From an uncultured Gemmatimonadales bacterium (GTDB lineage Bacteria > Gemmatimonadota > Gemmatimonadetes > Gemmatimonadales > GWC2-71-9), in NCBI GenBank assembly GCA_963821525.1, contig CAWGED010000004.1:256001-320000 (forward strand): 64,000 bases of DNA, in the 5' to 3' direction. Positions 1 through 10,067 of this stretch are shown here, piece by piece. Positions within the stretch are counted from its first letter, which is position 1. The number at the start of each line of letters is the position of its first letter. The translations under genes and the position numbers were made by a program. Below the pieces are notes generated by a model, which worked only from the letters and a program-made list of their open reading frames with translations, was not told the origin of the DNA and did not search any database.

Positions 1-321
1 GACCACTTCCCGCCGGACGATTCCCTTCGCCAGTTTCGGGTCTTCGACCTGTTCGCAGATCGCGACCCGATGTCCCGCCGCGATTAACTGCCGGAGATAA
101 TCCGCCGCCGCCTTGACCGGCACGCCGGCGAGGGGGACTCCGTCACCCCGCGAGGTGAGGGTGATACTCAGTATTCGGGAGGCCAGATGGGCGTCTTCGA
201 AAAACATCTCGTAGAAGTCGCCCATGCGGAAAAACAGTATCGCGTTCCGGTGGCGGGACTTGATCTCGCGATACTGCTGCATCAGTGGAGTGCCGGCGGC
301 ATCCGCCACGCGTTCTGTCAC
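1..321 (-). CDS. mutS: DNA mismatch repair protein MutS, N-terminus (runs off window start)
   Basis: Manual translation: [34 protein letters not shown]...GVPLAGVP...[24 protein letters not shown], the MutS domain I signature (GDFYE). GTG start overlaps the upstream TGA. Confidence 0.97.
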   Translation of the reverse strand, partial: MTERVADAAGTPLMQQYREIKSRHRNAILFFRMGDFYEMFFEDAHLASRILSITLTSRGDGVPLAGVPVKAAADYLRQLIAAGHRVAICEQVEDPKLAKGIVRREVV

Positions 322-1181
322 TGCTCCTTCACCAGGAATGGGGAGCCGCCAACTGCTCCGCGCACTTTCGGTATGGCCGCCTGCGCCTTATCGCGATCAG
401 GGTAGGGGCCGGCTCTTACCTTGAGAAGATTCCCGTCTTTCACCGCGTAACCTTGCAGGCCCGCGGATTTGAGGGAGGCGAGCAATTTGTCGGCGGCGGC
501 CTGAGTGGTAACGGCGCCGACCTGAATGCCGTAGCCCTCGCGCGACGCTGTTGCGGGCGAAGGCGGTTTCGCGGTATCGGCAGCCTGGGTGCTCTCGGGC
601 GGGACTCCGCCGGCGCAGCGCCCCTTGTAAAACTCGAGCTGGTTTCTGACTTCGACGTCGCCGCCCGACGCGGCAAGGCCGGTAGCTACCCAGCGACACC
701 CGTCTGCCGGTTTCCGGGTCTCGAATGCCGCGCGTGCCGCCCAGAAGGCCGCGGTTGGAATCAGCGGGCTCTGCGGGTAGTCGGTCGCCACCTTTCCCAT
801 CTGTCGAAGCGTCCCCTGTGGATTCCCTCCGGCGTAATCCAGCATGCCAAGCCGAACCAGTGCGTCGTCGGCCCAGTCAGAGTACGTGTATTCGACGGCG
901 ACGCGAGTGTATTGACGCCGCATCTCATCTACGCTGCGGGAGACGAGGCCGAGGGTATACAGCGCCTGGGGATAGAGACTGTCGGTCGGCGTGAGCTGGT
1001 TGATTACGCGATTGACCGAAGCGCGAGCGGAATCTCCCATACCCTCCTGGGCCAGCCTCACCGCTTCGACAAGGCGCGGATCAGTTTGGGCGCTGAGCCG
1101 GCTCGTCAGCGCAAGCGAGAGGAACAGGATGCCACGGGCCACGCTGTTGAACAGTTGGTGCCGCCGGTGGGCAAGGATCAT
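318..1181 (-). CDS. Secreted TPR-like protein with C-terminal SPOR peptidoglycan-binding domain
   Basis: Signal peptide; TPR-like helices ([32 protein letters not shown]); C-terminal YGIQVGA...[17 protein letters not shown] motif. Confidence 0.85.
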   Translation of the reverse strand: MILAHRRHQLFNSVARGILFLSLALTSRLSAQTDPRLVEAVRLAQEGMGDSARASVNRVINQLTPTDSLYPQALYTLGLVSRSVDEMRRQYTRVAVEYTYSDWADDALVRLGMLDYAGGNPQGTLRQMGKVATDYPQSPLIPTAAFWAARAAFETRKPADGCRWVATGLAASGGDVEVRNQLEFYKGRCAGGVPPESTQAADTAKPPSPATASREGYGIQVGAVTTQAAADKLLASLKSAGLQGYAVKDGNLLKVRAGPYPDRDKAQAAIPKVRGAVGGSPFLVKEQ

Positions 1182-1184
1182 TCG

Positions 1185-2306
1185 TCAGACTCCCGCTGGT
1201 GCGTTTCGGGTGGAGCCTCGGGTTCCCTTCACCAACCGTCCTGTTCTTCCTCCGCCCAGCTGGAGGACCAATCCGGTCAACACTCCACCTTCATCCGATA
1301 CGCGACTGTCCTTGAGGGCCCGGTCGGCAGCGAGGGCTGCGGCGATCGCCCCGTTGAGGCGATCCACCGGCCACGCTTCGGCCCAGCGGCTCCAATTACT
1401 CGCCTCTTCCTTCCATTTGCCGAGTCCGAAGAGTCTCAAGCGGCGGATCGCATCGAATACGACCCGTTCGAGAGCGCTTCCCCGCTGTTGCCGGTCGTAA
1501 TGGCTCCGTGCGATCGAGACACCCAGCAGCGAGGTGCCGAGTAGGGTGACCAGCTTGACTCCCGACATTCCCGACTGAGTCAGCACCGGTTGTAGTACGC
1601 GAATCGCGCGCGGAGTATCGTCGCTCAGCACCGCGTCGCGCCAATCGAGGGCGGTCTCACCGTGGCGCACGCCGACCAGCGCTCCGACTCGTTCGGCCGT
1701 GAGTAGCTCCGCGGTCTCCGGCAGGGACGCGAGCTTTTCCAGCTCACTGCGCAACGCGCCGAGGTCGTTGTCGCACGCGGCCGCGAGATGCTCCGCCGCC
1801 CCTGGTTCCAGGCGAACCTTGAGCCGCTCGGCCCGATATGTCACCCACCGGACCACGCGCTCGGGTGGCAGCGGGTCGAAGTGTACCGCGTACGTCCGCG
1901 CGACCAGCTCACCATCCGGCTCCCATTCGCGAATCTTGTCTTCGCTGGGAGCGTTTTCCACCAGGATGACTACGGTCTCTGATGCGGGGTTCTCAAGATA
2001 CTTGAGGAGAACCGGACGCGGAGTGGTCTTCCGCTTCCAGGTCTCGGTGTCGCGCAACACGAGGACCCGCCGGGCCCCGAACATCGGCAACGCGTTGAGC
2101 GCGCCATGCAGTTCGTCGGGGTCCAGACCCGCCGCCGACCTCTGCTCGAGAGCGAAGGATCGGTCCGCCGCGGGTAGCGCCAGATCGAGAATGGTCTGGA
2201 GTGCCTCTTCCCGGAGCACTACCTCCGTGCCGTAGAGATAGTAGACCGGCGACAGCTCGCCCCGGGAAAGAGCCCGGAGCAGATCATCGGAGGAATGGCG
2301 CGGCAT
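1185..2306 (-). CDS. holA: DNA polymerase III delta subunit
   Basis: PVYYLYGTE, LPMFGARRVLVL, DLGALRSELEKL, ADRALKDS motifs. Confidence 0.92.
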   Translation of the reverse strand: MPRHSSDDLLRALSRGELSPVYYLYGTEVVLREEALQTILDLALPAADRSFALEQRSAAGLDPDELHGALNALPMFGARRVLVLRDTETWKRKTTPRPVLLKYLENPASETVVILVENAPSEDKIREWEPDGELVARTYAVHFDPLPPERVVRWVTYRAERLKVRLEPGAAEHLAAACDNDLGALRSELEKLASLPETAELLTAERVGALVGVRHGETALDWRDAVLSDDTPRAIRVLQPVLTQSGMSGVKLVTLLGTSLLGVSIARSHYDRQQRGSALERVVFDAIRRLRLFGLGKWKEEASNWSRWAEAWPVDRLNGAIAAALAADRALKDSRVSDEGGVLTGLVLQLGGGRTGRLVKGTRGSTRNAPAGV

Positions 2307-2371
2307 GCCGGAATTTTAGGGGTGAAGACGGGGGACAAGCTAGGCGGAAACCGCTGCTTCTTTTCTACCTC

Positions 2372-2788
2372 CTACGGCGCCCTCCGAAAGGCGACGAATG
2401 GAATTCCAGGGATCATTTGGGGACGGGCAAGCACCGCCGGTTTTTCGGCGGCAGACACAGTGGGCACGTCGGTGGACTGCCGAATGGTGAAGACCACCAG
2501 GGTCGCTAATACAAGCGCGGCCGCGGTGGCGGCCCAAGGAGAAACTCGCGGCGGGATGGGTTCGGGCACGGCTTCGCCCGACGCTATGCGGGCATTAAGT
2601 CGGTCCCGGAATTCGGGGGAGGGGTCGAGCCGGGCGCCCCGCAGCATGTTCACCCCATGGCTCACCGCCCTGTCGTAGGCGGTGCAGTCGGGGCAGGCCG
2701 CAAGGTGATCCTCCATTTCCGCCACCAAGGCAGGGTCCGTCCCGTCACGGTAGGTCGAATACAAACTGCGGAAGTCTCGGCAGCGCAT
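2372..2788 (-). CDS. Zinc-finger (zf-HC2) membrane anti-sigma factor
   Basis: MRC...HLAACPDC (HxxxCxxC) plus one TM helix; lies downstream of an ECF sigma. Confidence 0.88.
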   Translation of the reverse strand: MRCRDFRSLYSTYRDGTDPALVAEMEDHLAACPDCTAYDRAVSHGVNMLRGARLDPSPEFRDRLNARIASGEAVPEPIPPRVSPWAATAAALVLATLVVFTIRQSTDVPTVSAAEKPAVLARPQMIPGIPFVAFRRAP

Positions 2789-2899
2789 GGAGATCCGGGA
2801 GCTGAAGGGAATCCTCCGAACACCAGCCTGGGTACGTCGGCCCGACCCATCCTTTCCAGTATACAGGCAAACCCGGCGAAAGTTCCTAAGTGACTGAAA

Positions 2900-3529
2900 T
2901 TAATCGAGGTACGGCCCTATGAGTTCGGCAAATGCCTGCCGGGCCCGGTTGAGCCGGCTCTTCACTGTTCCCAGGTTGCAATGGGTGATCTCGGAGATCT
3001 CTTCGTAGCTCTTCCCTTCCAATTCCCGCAGCACGAACACCTCGCGATGCCGGGCCGCCAGCCTGACGACGGTCCGGTCCACCAATTCACGTAACTGGCG
3101 GCGGGCGTACAGATCGTCGGGCCGGGTCGCAGGATCCTCGTACTCGTAAGGACGGGATTCGTTCTCGTTCTGGCGTTGACGGAAATATTGAAAGAGGACC
3201 AGCGGGGAACGGCTCCGGTTGCGCAGCTCGTTCTTGGCAAGATTGGAGGCGATGGTATAGAGCCAGGTGGAGAACTTCCGGGCCGGATCGAAGCGATCGA
3301 GGTGACGGTACACCCGGAGGAAGGCTTCCTGCACCAGGTCCTCGGCCCGCTCCCGGTCCCCGATCATCCGGTAGACGAAGTTGAGCAGCCGGACTTGATA
3401 GCGGTCGACCAGAATCTCGAACGCCCGCGAATCTCCGTTCAGGTGGGCGGTGATCAACTCGTTCACCTCGGCGGCCGGCGGCCGCTTCCGGCTCAGGCGC
3501 CGGAGGAGACTTCGGCCCTTGAACGACAC
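2900..3529 (-). CDS. ECF RNA polymerase sigma factor (RpoE/SigW-like)
   Basis: AEDLVQEAFLRVY, FSTWLYTIASN (region 2); SYEEISEITHCNLGTVKSRLNRAR (region 4). Confidence 0.95.
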   Translation of the reverse strand: MSFKGRSLLRRLSRKRPPAAEVNELITAHLNGDSRAFEILVDRYQVRLLNFVYRMIGDRERAEDLVQEAFLRVYRHLDRFDPARKFSTWLYTIASNLAKNELRNRSRSPLVLFQYFRQRQNENESRPYEYEDPATRPDDLYARRQLRELVDRTVVRLAARHREVFVLRELEGKSYEEISEITHCNLGTVKSRLNRARQAFAELIGPYLD

Positions 3530-3566
3530 CCTTGATCAGCCGCGTGAGAGTTGCCACCCTGCGCTC

Positions 3567-4121
3567 CTACCGGCCTGGTCGGCCAACCTGCGTGACGCAG
3601 CGCAGATAGAGCAGCGCCGCGAGTGTTTTTCCGTCGCTGATTTCACCCTTCGAGATGAGAGTCATGACGTCCGACCACGGCGTCGGGTGCACGTCCATGA
3701 ACTCATCGGCTTCTCTACGGTGCTGCCCTTCTATCAATCCGTCTGCCACGAACAGATGGATTCGTTCGTCGGTGAATCCCGGGGTGGTCCAGATCGAGGT
3801 CAGGTGTCGAAGGCGACCTGCCTGCATCCCGGTTTCCTCTTTCAGCTCCCGGTGCGCGCACTCCTCCGGTGACTCGCCCGGGTCTAACCGGCCCGCGGGG
3901 ATCTCCCAGACGTACCCGTCGGCGGCATGGCGGAACTGCCGGAGCAGCAGCACCCGAGGATCGGCCGAATCCGGAGGGTCGAGCAGCGGCACGATCGCGC
4001 TGGCTCCGGGGTGGCGAACCATTTCGAGCTGTCCTTGGGACCCATCGGGGAACTCGACCGTGTCGACATCGAGGCTTATCACCCGCCCGTGGTACTTCCG
4101 CTCCGTAGAGATCAGACTCAT
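3567..4121 (-). CDS. NUDIX hydrolase (ADP-ribose pyrophosphatase-like)
   Basis: Nudix box GRLDPGESPEECAHRELKEETG; probable ATG at 4121 (MSLISTERKYHG). Confidence 0.92.
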   Translation of the reverse strand: MSLISTERKYHGRVISLDVDTVEFPDGSQGQLEMVRHPGASAIVPLLDPPDSADPRVLLLRQFRHAADGYVWEIPAGRLDPGESPEECAHRELKEETGMQAGRLRHLTSIWTTPGFTDERIHLFVADGLIEGQHRREADEFMDVHPTPWSDVMTLISKGEISDGKTLAALLYLRCVTQVGRPGR

Positions 4122-4162
4122 TCTGAGCCAACATGGGGCGGGTTCCCGGCCCGCACAAGGGC

Positions 4163-4756
4163 CTAGAGCACAGATCTGAGCCAGACTACCGGGATCTTGG
4201 CGGACTCGGCGAGGAGATAGGGGAGTTCGCTGCTGAACTGGCGGGAGATGGGACTCGTGGCGGTAGGTGAAGTGTAGCCGTCGATCGAGACTCGGTGAGC
4301 TTCGAGCCGAAGCCGGAGCGAATGGAACGGGTCGCTTACCAGGAGGGCGCGATGGAGCGATCGCTCCCCCAACCATTGGGCTACCGAGGCCATGGAGGCA
4401 CCGGTCGAGCGGCCTTCGGGGCGAACGACGATGTCGGTCTCCCGCACCCGATTGAGGACCAGGTAGCTCTGCCCGACCGCGGCCTCGCTGACGCGGTCTC
4501 CCTCGCCGATGCCTCCGGTGACCACAATCCTCGGGGCCAGGCCGGCACGATAGAGAATGATTGCGTGATCCAGCCGGGCTCGCAGTACAGGCGAGGGCTT
4601 CCCGTTGTACTGCGCTGCGCCGAGCACCACGATGATGTCGGCGCGCTGACGCTGATCCTGACGGCTGGCCAGGAGCACGGCGATGAAACAAATGACGTAG
4701 ATGCTCACGAGAGCAGCGATCGCGTAGATCACCGCTCGACGAGGGCTGGTCCTCAA
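4163..4756 (-). CDS. YdcF/DUF218 (ElyC/SanA-like) family protein
   Basis: N-terminal TM; IIVVLGA, RLDHAI, VVTGG, SEA, LVSDPFHSLR motifs; TTG start overlaps the upstream stop. Confidence 0.88.
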   Translation of the reverse strand: MRTSPRRAVIYAIAALVSIYVICFIAVLLASRQDQRQRADIIVVLGAAQYNGKPSPVLRARLDHAIILYRAGLAPRIVVTGGIGEGDRVSEAAVGQSYLVLNRVRETDIVVRPEGRSTGASMASVAQWLGERSLHRALLVSDPFHSLRLRLEAHRVSIDGYTSPTATSPISRQFSSELPYLLAESAKIPVVWLRSVL

Positions 4757-6138
4757 AGATCGAACCCCTCGCCCTGGCGGGGGATGTCCACCTGCCGGAT
4801 GCCTTCCTCTTTGAGGATCTTCGCCATGGCCTGGGCCGCCGCCACCTCGCCATGCACCACGAATGCCCGGCGGATCGGCCCGCCGAGTCTCCGCACCCAC
4901 GCCCGCAGTTCGTCCCGATCGGCGTGAGCCGAATAGCCCGCCAGCGTCTCTATCTCGGCCTGGACCGCGACCTCCTCCCCCAAAACCTTGATCGTGCGGG
5001 CGCCTTCCTGGATCCGACGCCCGAGGGTGTGGTCCGCCTGAAATCCCACGAAGAGCACCATTGTTCGATGGTCGCCCACGTGATTGGCGATGTGATGCAG
5101 GATTCGTCCTGCCTCCACCATTCCTGATGCGGCGATGATGATTGCCGGGCCGGGCATCTGGTTGAGGCGTTTGGAATCCTCCACCGATCGGATATAGCGG
5201 ACCAGGGAGAAATCAAATAGCCGGGCGGAACGGAGCAGCAGATCTTCGCCGCGATCGAAGAGATCAGGGTGGAGCCGAAAGACATCCGTGGCGTCCACCG
5301 CGAGTGGGCTGTCGATGTAAACCGGGATCTCCGGGATCTGTCCGTCGCGATGCAGCCGATGGAGGCTGTAGACCAGCTCTTGAATCCTTCCGATGGCGAA
5401 GGCCGGGATCAGGATCTTGCCCCCCCGCGCGGCCGTCCTTCTTACGAGCTCGCCGAGCCTGGTCTCCGACTGGCTGACCGATTCGTGAACCCGGTCGGCA
5501 TAGGTGGATTCGATGATCAGTGTGTCCACCGGTCCCGCAGGCGGATCGGGATCGCGAATGATCGGAAGGCCGCGCCTTCCGATATCGCCGGAGAAGACCA
5601 GACGGTGGGTTCCCGCTTCGGTCACCCGGAGATCGATGCTGGCCGAGCCCAGGATGTGGCCCGCGTCAGTGAACTCGAAAGTGAGGAACTTCCGAAGGTG
5701 ATGGGCCCGTCGGTACGGCAGGCCGACCGTGAGATCCTGCACGGCGAACGCATCGGCCATCTCGTAAAGCGGCTCGGACTCGGGTCCTCCCTTGCCATGC
5801 CGCTGGAGATACTCGGCGTCCTTCTGCTGAATGTGGGCGGCATCGGGGAGCATCACTGCCATGAGGTCGCGAGTGGCCGGCGTCGCGAAGATGGGCCCGT
5901 GAAAGCCACGGTTCACCAGTAGAGGCAGCCGCCCGGAGTGGTCGATGTGGGCGTGACTGAGGATGACGGCATCGATGCGACGAGGATCAACCGGCAGGTT
6001 CGCGTTGAGGCTGCGAGTCTCGCTCCGCCGTCCCTGAAAGAGTCCCGCGTCGAGCAGAATGCGGGCACCGGCGGCCTCGAGCAGATGCATCGAGCCGGTG
6101 ACCTGACCTGCGGCGCCGTAGAAGGTGATGCGGGTCAT
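4753..6138 (-). CDS. MBL-fold beta-CASP ribonuclease (YSH1/CPSF73-like)
   Basis: GAAGQVTGS, LSHAHIDHSG, AGHILGS, FSGDIG, ESTY, AASGM, YSAHAD, VVHGE motifs. Confidence 0.93.
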   Translation of the reverse strand: MTRITFYGAAGQVTGSMHLLEAAGARILLDAGLFQGRRSETRSLNANLPVDPRRIDAVILSHAHIDHSGRLPLLVNRGFHGPIFATPATRDLMAVMLPDAAHIQQKDAEYLQRHGKGGPESEPLYEMADAFAVQDLTVGLPYRRAHHLRKFLTFEFTDAGHILGSASIDLRVTEAGTHRLVFSGDIGRRGLPIIRDPDPPAGPVDTLIIESTYADRVHESVSQSETRLGELVRRTAARGGKILIPAFAIGRIQELVYSLHRLHRDGQIPEIPVYIDSPLAVDATDVFRLHPDLFDRGEDLLLRSARLFDFSLVRYIRSVEDSKRLNQMPGPAIIIAASGMVEAGRILHHIANHVGDHRTMVLFVGFQADHTLGRRIQEGARTIKVLGEEVAVQAEIETLAGYSAHADRDELRAWVRRLGGPIRRAFVVHGEVAAAQAMAKILKEEGIRQVDIPRQGEGFDL

Positions 6139-6141
6139 CGG

Positions 6142-6265
6142 GAATGATTGAATGGCGGAATGGCGGAATGACCGAATGGCGGAATGATCGAATGGCGAAA
6201 TGATCGAATTGCCGTTGCCCGACTCTCCCATTCAGCCATTCTCCAATTCCTCCATTCTGCCATTG
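6142..6265. repeat. Degenerate 8-mer tandem array (GAATGGCG/GAATGATC) with an inverted arm
   Basis: Nine GAATGNNN-type units at 6142-6213; complementary CCATTC-type units at 6228-6265. Confidence 0.9.
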
Positions 6266-6267
6266 TA

Positions 6268-6912
6268 TTACCTGGTTCCGAACAGCCGGTCCCCGGCATC
6301 GCCCAGCCCGGGGAGGATGTACCCGTGTTCGTTGAGCCCGCGGTCCAACGCCGCGGCGAAGATGGGCACGTCGGGGTGACCGTCCAGCATGCGCTTCACG
6401 CCTTCCGGCGCCGCGACCAGGCAAAGCAGCCGAATGCGGCGGGCACCGGCCGTCTTGAGTGTCGTGACTGCCGCGGTCGCGGAGCCCCCGGTTGCGAGCA
6501 TGGGATCGAGTACAAAGTAGTCCCGCTCGCCCTCATCGGCGGGGAGCTTTGCGTAGTAGCGGACCGGCTGGAGAGAATCCTCCTCGCGATATAACCCGAT
6601 GTGCCCGACCCTGGCACTCGGGAGCAGCTGGGAAATTCCGTCGGCCATGCCGAGGCCCGCGCGGAGAATCGGCACCAGGGTCAACTTCTTGCCGGAGACC
6701 ATGCGCCCCGTCATGCGCTCCAGCGGGGTCTCGATCTCCACCGGTTCGGTAACGAGATCCTTCGTCACCTCGTAGGCCATCAGCATCGCGATCTCGTTGA
6801 CCAGCTGCTTGAAGTCCCGTGTGCTGGTCGTCCGGTCGCGAAGCAGCGTGAGCTTATGCTGAATCAGAGGGTGATCGAGGACGGTCAGGTTGGAGAACCG
6901 GGGGCGGCCCAT
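6268..6912 (-). CDS. upp: Uracil phosphoribosyltransferase
   Basis: [45 protein letters not shown]. Confidence 0.98.
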   Translation of the reverse strand: MGRPRFSNLTVLDHPLIQHKLTLLRDRTTSTRDFKQLVNEIAMLMAYEVTKDLVTEPVEIETPLERMTGRMVSGKKLTLVPILRAGLGMADGISQLLPSARVGHIGLYREEDSLQPVRYYAKLPADEGERDYFVLDPMLATGGSATAAVTTLKTAGARRIRLLCLVAAPEGVKRMLDGHPDVPIFAAALDRGLNEHGYILPGLGDAGDRLFGTR

Positions 6913-6957
6913 GGCGGGGGAATATGTGGGAGGGGCGGGAGGGCGGGAAGGCGCACA

Positions 6958-7097
6958 GGGCGAACGGGGCGGACGGGGCGGACGGGGCGGACGAGATGGA
7001 TAGGGCGGACGAGAGGCGGGCGGACCGGCGGACGGAATCAAGGTTCGCTACCCATCGACGCGCCATTCCGCCATTCCCCGTCGCCCGCCCTTCCCGC
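6958..7097. repeat. GGGCGGACG 9-mer array plus inverted CGCCATTC/CCGC arm between upp and tRNA-Phe
   Basis: Four tandem GGGCGGACG-type units from 6958 and another at 7003; CGCCATTC x2 at 7061, the reverse complement of the unit at 6150. Confidence 0.8.
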
Positions 7098-7117
7098 TAT
7101 ATTCCCGCCCCCCAAAG

Positions 7118-7190
<73 letters not shown>

Positions 7191-7274
7191 TTGCGTCGCC
7201 CTCATTGTTAGCCCGGTCACTGCGGCGCCGCGGCCGCTCTGAACAAGATCAAGAAACTCGCGGGACGTAGCCCC

Positions 7275-8105
7275 ATGCCGGACCTCTCCGCCCAACTCCT
7301 CCTGAATACCAGGGCCGTCACCATCCGGGACGTCATTTGCCGGGGTGAACATCGGTCCAAGAGCAGCGAAGAGTGGTCGAGCACCACCCATGTGGTGTTC
7401 CCCTATCGCGGGGTCTACGTGTACCACGTCGGGCCGGACGACGCCGTCGCCGAAGCCAATCAGGTTGTGCTGTTCAATGCGATGGAGAGCTACCGCGTGA
7501 GCCACCCCGTCGAGGGTGGCGACGCCTGCTTGTCCGTCACCGTCGGCCCGGAGCTGCTCGGCGAGCTGGCGCCGAGGCACCAACTGCGCGAGGGCGACCC
7601 GCCAGCGTTTCGCCGGCTACACCTTCGCATCGACCCGCGCGCCCAGGTCCTGGTGGCGCTGCTGCGGCACGGTTTGACCCGTCATGCTGCCGAGCCGCTG
7701 GAAGCGGAAACCCTCGCCTTTACCCTCATGCGGCGCGCTTTGGGCGCGCGCACCTCGCACGTCATGCGGGGAAGCTTTGGCCGCCAGAAACTGGTGGATC
7801 GCACCAAACTGGTCCTGACCTCGGACGTGGCCCGGCGATGGACCCTGGCGGAGATCGCCGCAGAGGTCGGCGTCTCACCGGTGTACCTCACTCAGGTGTT
7901 CGCACAGGTCGAAGCCGTCCCGCTTTACCGGTATCACTTACGGTTACGGCTGGCTCGGGCGCTGGACCTGCTGGGCCAGTACGACAATCTCACCGCACTG
8001 AGTATCGACCTCGGCTTCTCCAGTCACAGCCATTTCACCTCGGCCTTCCGGCAGGCCTACGGGCGCACTCCCGCCGAATTCCAGCAATCGGCGCACCTGC
8101 GCTGA
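7275..8105 (+). CDS. AraC-family transcriptional regulator
   Basis: WTLAEIAAEVGVSPVYL...LSIDLGFSSHSHFTSAFRQAYGRTP double HTH. Confidence 0.95.
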   Translation: MPDLSAQLLLNTRAVTIRDVICRGEHRSKSSEEWSSTTHVVFPYRGVYVYHVGPDDAVAEANQVVLFNAMESYRVSHPVEGGDACLSVTVGPELLGELAPRHQLREGDPPAFRRLHLRIDPRAQVLVALLRHGLTRHAAEPLEAETLAFTLMRRALGARTSHVMRGSFGRQKLVDRTKLVLTSDVARRWTLAEIAAEVGVSPVYLTQVFAQVEAVPLYRYHLRLRLARALDLLGQYDNLTALSIDLGFSSHSHFTSAFRQAYGRTPAEFQQSAHLR

Positions 8106-8371
8106 CCTATCCCCTTTGTTTTTCAAGGCTGACGACCTAACTGCCCACCGCGGACGACCTGAAACGCGGAACACGCGGAATTTTCAAGAGGTGGAATAAC
8201 AAAACACCCTCGCGTGATCAGGTGCACCGCGGAATTCTGGGTCGTGCGGGCACTTTCAACCCGCTAGCGACAGCGGATCCAGATCGCTAAAGATTTTGAT
8301 AGCCCGGTTCGTGGCAAATTGTTTCTTTGATCTTCGGCCGAATGGTCGGCCCCAACATGGAGATCAAAGAG

Positions 8372-8521
8372 ATGACCACGAAGACCTGCGCCGCTTGCGA
8401 TTGCGAGCTGGACGCCAACGCCATCAAGGTAAAGATCGGCGGAAACATCGTCGAAGTGTGCTGCGAGGAATGCGCCCAATCGCTGCGGGAAGCGCACGCC
8501 GCAGCGAGCCGTGGGAATTAG
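8372..8521 (+). CDS. 49-aa Cys-rich protein (TRASH/YHS-like CxxC...CCxxC metal-binding motif)
   Basis: MTTKTCAACDCELD...VEVCCEECA; GGAG RBS at 8359-8362. Confidence 0.75.
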   Translation: MTTKTCAACDCELDANAIKVKIGGNIVEVCCEECAQSLREAHAAASRGN

Positions 8522-8570
8522 GCACGAGACTCGTTCAATCAACATGCCGTTCGTGAGGGAGGCCTGAATC

Positions 8571-8876
8571 GTGTCCGTCTACTACATCGGGATGTACGAC
8601 ATCGACGACCCGGAGCAATTCCAGGGATATCCTCCGCGGGTCTTGGCGTTGCTTCCCAAGTACGGGGGACAGATCCTCGCCTCGGATACGTCGCCCTATG
8701 TCATAGAAGGAAAGGCGCGAAGGATGAACGCGATCATCCGGTTTCCCTCACGAGAGGCGGCGCTCGGACTCTACAACGATCCCGACTACCAGGAAGCCAA
8801 GCGGATGCGCCACGAGTCCACCAGCAACATCACCATGGTGCTCGTGGAGGAGTTTGCGTTGCCTGAGGGCCGATGA
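8571..8876 (+). CDS. DUF1330 family protein
   Basis: KYGGQILA...IEG...IIRFPSREAA...YNDPDYQEAKRMR; GGAGG RBS. Confidence 0.9.
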   Translation: MSVYYIGMYDIDDPEQFQGYPPRVLALLPKYGGQILASDTSPYVIEGKARRMNAIIRFPSREAALGLYNDPDYQEAKRMRHESTSNITMVLVEEFALPEGR

Positions 8877-8966
8877 AACCTACTGAATTCGCCTTGTACA
8901 GGATTGCACCGTTCCGTTTGAAAGTACCGGCTGGTATGTTCCTACCTTCGTCAGTTCTCGCTTCAG

Positions 8967-9332
8967 GTGGTTCAGCCCGTGCCTCTCCGCTCGCACTGTT
9001 CAAAATCGGCCGCCGCTGCCCTGTGGGTCTGCCTCCTGGGGTTTGGATCTCCCCTTCGAGCCCAGATCGGCGATGTGCTCACGGTTCTTCCCAACAGCGC
9101 CGCCCACCGAGCGTCCGTCAGGTCCACGCCCGCCTCGGCGCCGCTAAGACAAAACAGCGTGCTGTCTCCCGCGTCTAGCTTGCGGCTCCCTGGATGGGCG
9201 GTCATTGCCCCGGACGCTCGCGCAGTGTGGCAAGGCCGTCTGGAGCAGTCGATCGACGACCGCCTCACCGTCTTCGGGGGCTATGCTCGCCGAGGTTCTC
9301 ACGGATTCGTCGGTCTCCGACTGCTGTTTTGA
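8967..9332 (+). CDS. Hypothetical, possibly exported protein
   Basis: Hydrophobic stretch ending LRAQ; C-terminal alternating strand ending in F; no family recognised. Confidence 0.35.
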   Translation: MVQPVPLRSHCSKSAAAALWVCLLGFGSPLRAQIGDVLTVLPNSAAHRASVRSTPASAPLRQNSVLSPASSLRLPGWAVIAPDARAVWQGRLEQSIDDRLTVFGGYARRGSHGFVGLRLLF

Positions 9333-9485
9333 GGCCGGCCTCCTTCACAACTGGACCAAATCCGTGAGTGAATGGAAACCCACAAGGTGAATTAAACGCT
9401 CGCATTCCTGCCGAAACTACCCACCATTCCGCTCCCCAGAATTAGTCCAGCATTTCTTCTGAGCCTGCCTTCATCCAGCAGGCTC

Positions 9486-10031
9486 CTACTCAGGCATGTG
9501 TCCCGCCGCGTGATGGTCCATGCGCTGGAAGGCAAGGAATTGGTGAATCGCCGCTATCGCGACGGAATCTTGGCTGACGATTCTCAACTCCCCGCCCCTG
9601 GGACGATCCACCGCCGTATAAAGGATTGCCTCCCGTCGAGCGGCCATCACGTCGGTCCCCGGCACCTCGCGGTCGTGGACCACACCCGGTAGCGCAAAGT
9701 CTCCCGACGCAAAGCGACGTGCGATGTCCCGCATGTGCGCTCGAATCGTAGCAATCCCCACCGAATCGCCGGCGTCGTCCCGCTCCAGCACCACTCGGCC
9801 ACCATCCGGCAGGTCTTCGAATACGTGTTGTGAGGTGTACTGATCGACTCCCATGACAGCCTGACCTCTCGCCTGCACGCCGGCGAATCCGGTGTCCGTG
9901 GAAGAGGCTCTGGCGTCATCCGCTTTGTCTGGCTTCGCCCGGCAAGCCGGAATTGTGAAGCAGATCACCATGAGAGTCAGGGATAGTCGCTTAACGCGGA
10001 GACGGGCGGCACGGTCTACCCTCCGAATCAC
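9486..10031 (-). CDS. Hypothetical lipoprotein with His-rich C-terminus
   Basis: Lipobox-like IPAC; MGVDQYTSQHVF, IRAHMRDIARRFASGDF, AIHQFLAFQRMDHH; start uncertain. Confidence 0.7.
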   Translation of the reverse strand: MIRRVDRAARLRVKRLSLTLMVICFTIPACRAKPDKADDARASSTDTGFAGVQARGQAVMGVDQYTSQHVFEDLPDGGRVVLERDDAGDSVGIATIRAHMRDIARRFASGDFALPGVVHDREVPGTDVMAARREAILYTAVDRPRGGELRIVSQDSVAIAAIHQFLAFQRMDHHAAGHMPE

Positions 10032-10067
10032 TTCGCCGATCCCTCGACTCTGACTGGAGCTAACCAT

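Noticed and set aside
285..1544. Long antisense or overlapping ORFs (e.g. 285-1544, 15306-16364, 45671-47206, 48595-49866, 52512-53690, and the upstream extension of 55900-58197)
   Set aside because: These are shadow ORFs of well-supported genes in high-GC DNA and contain no recognisable motifs.
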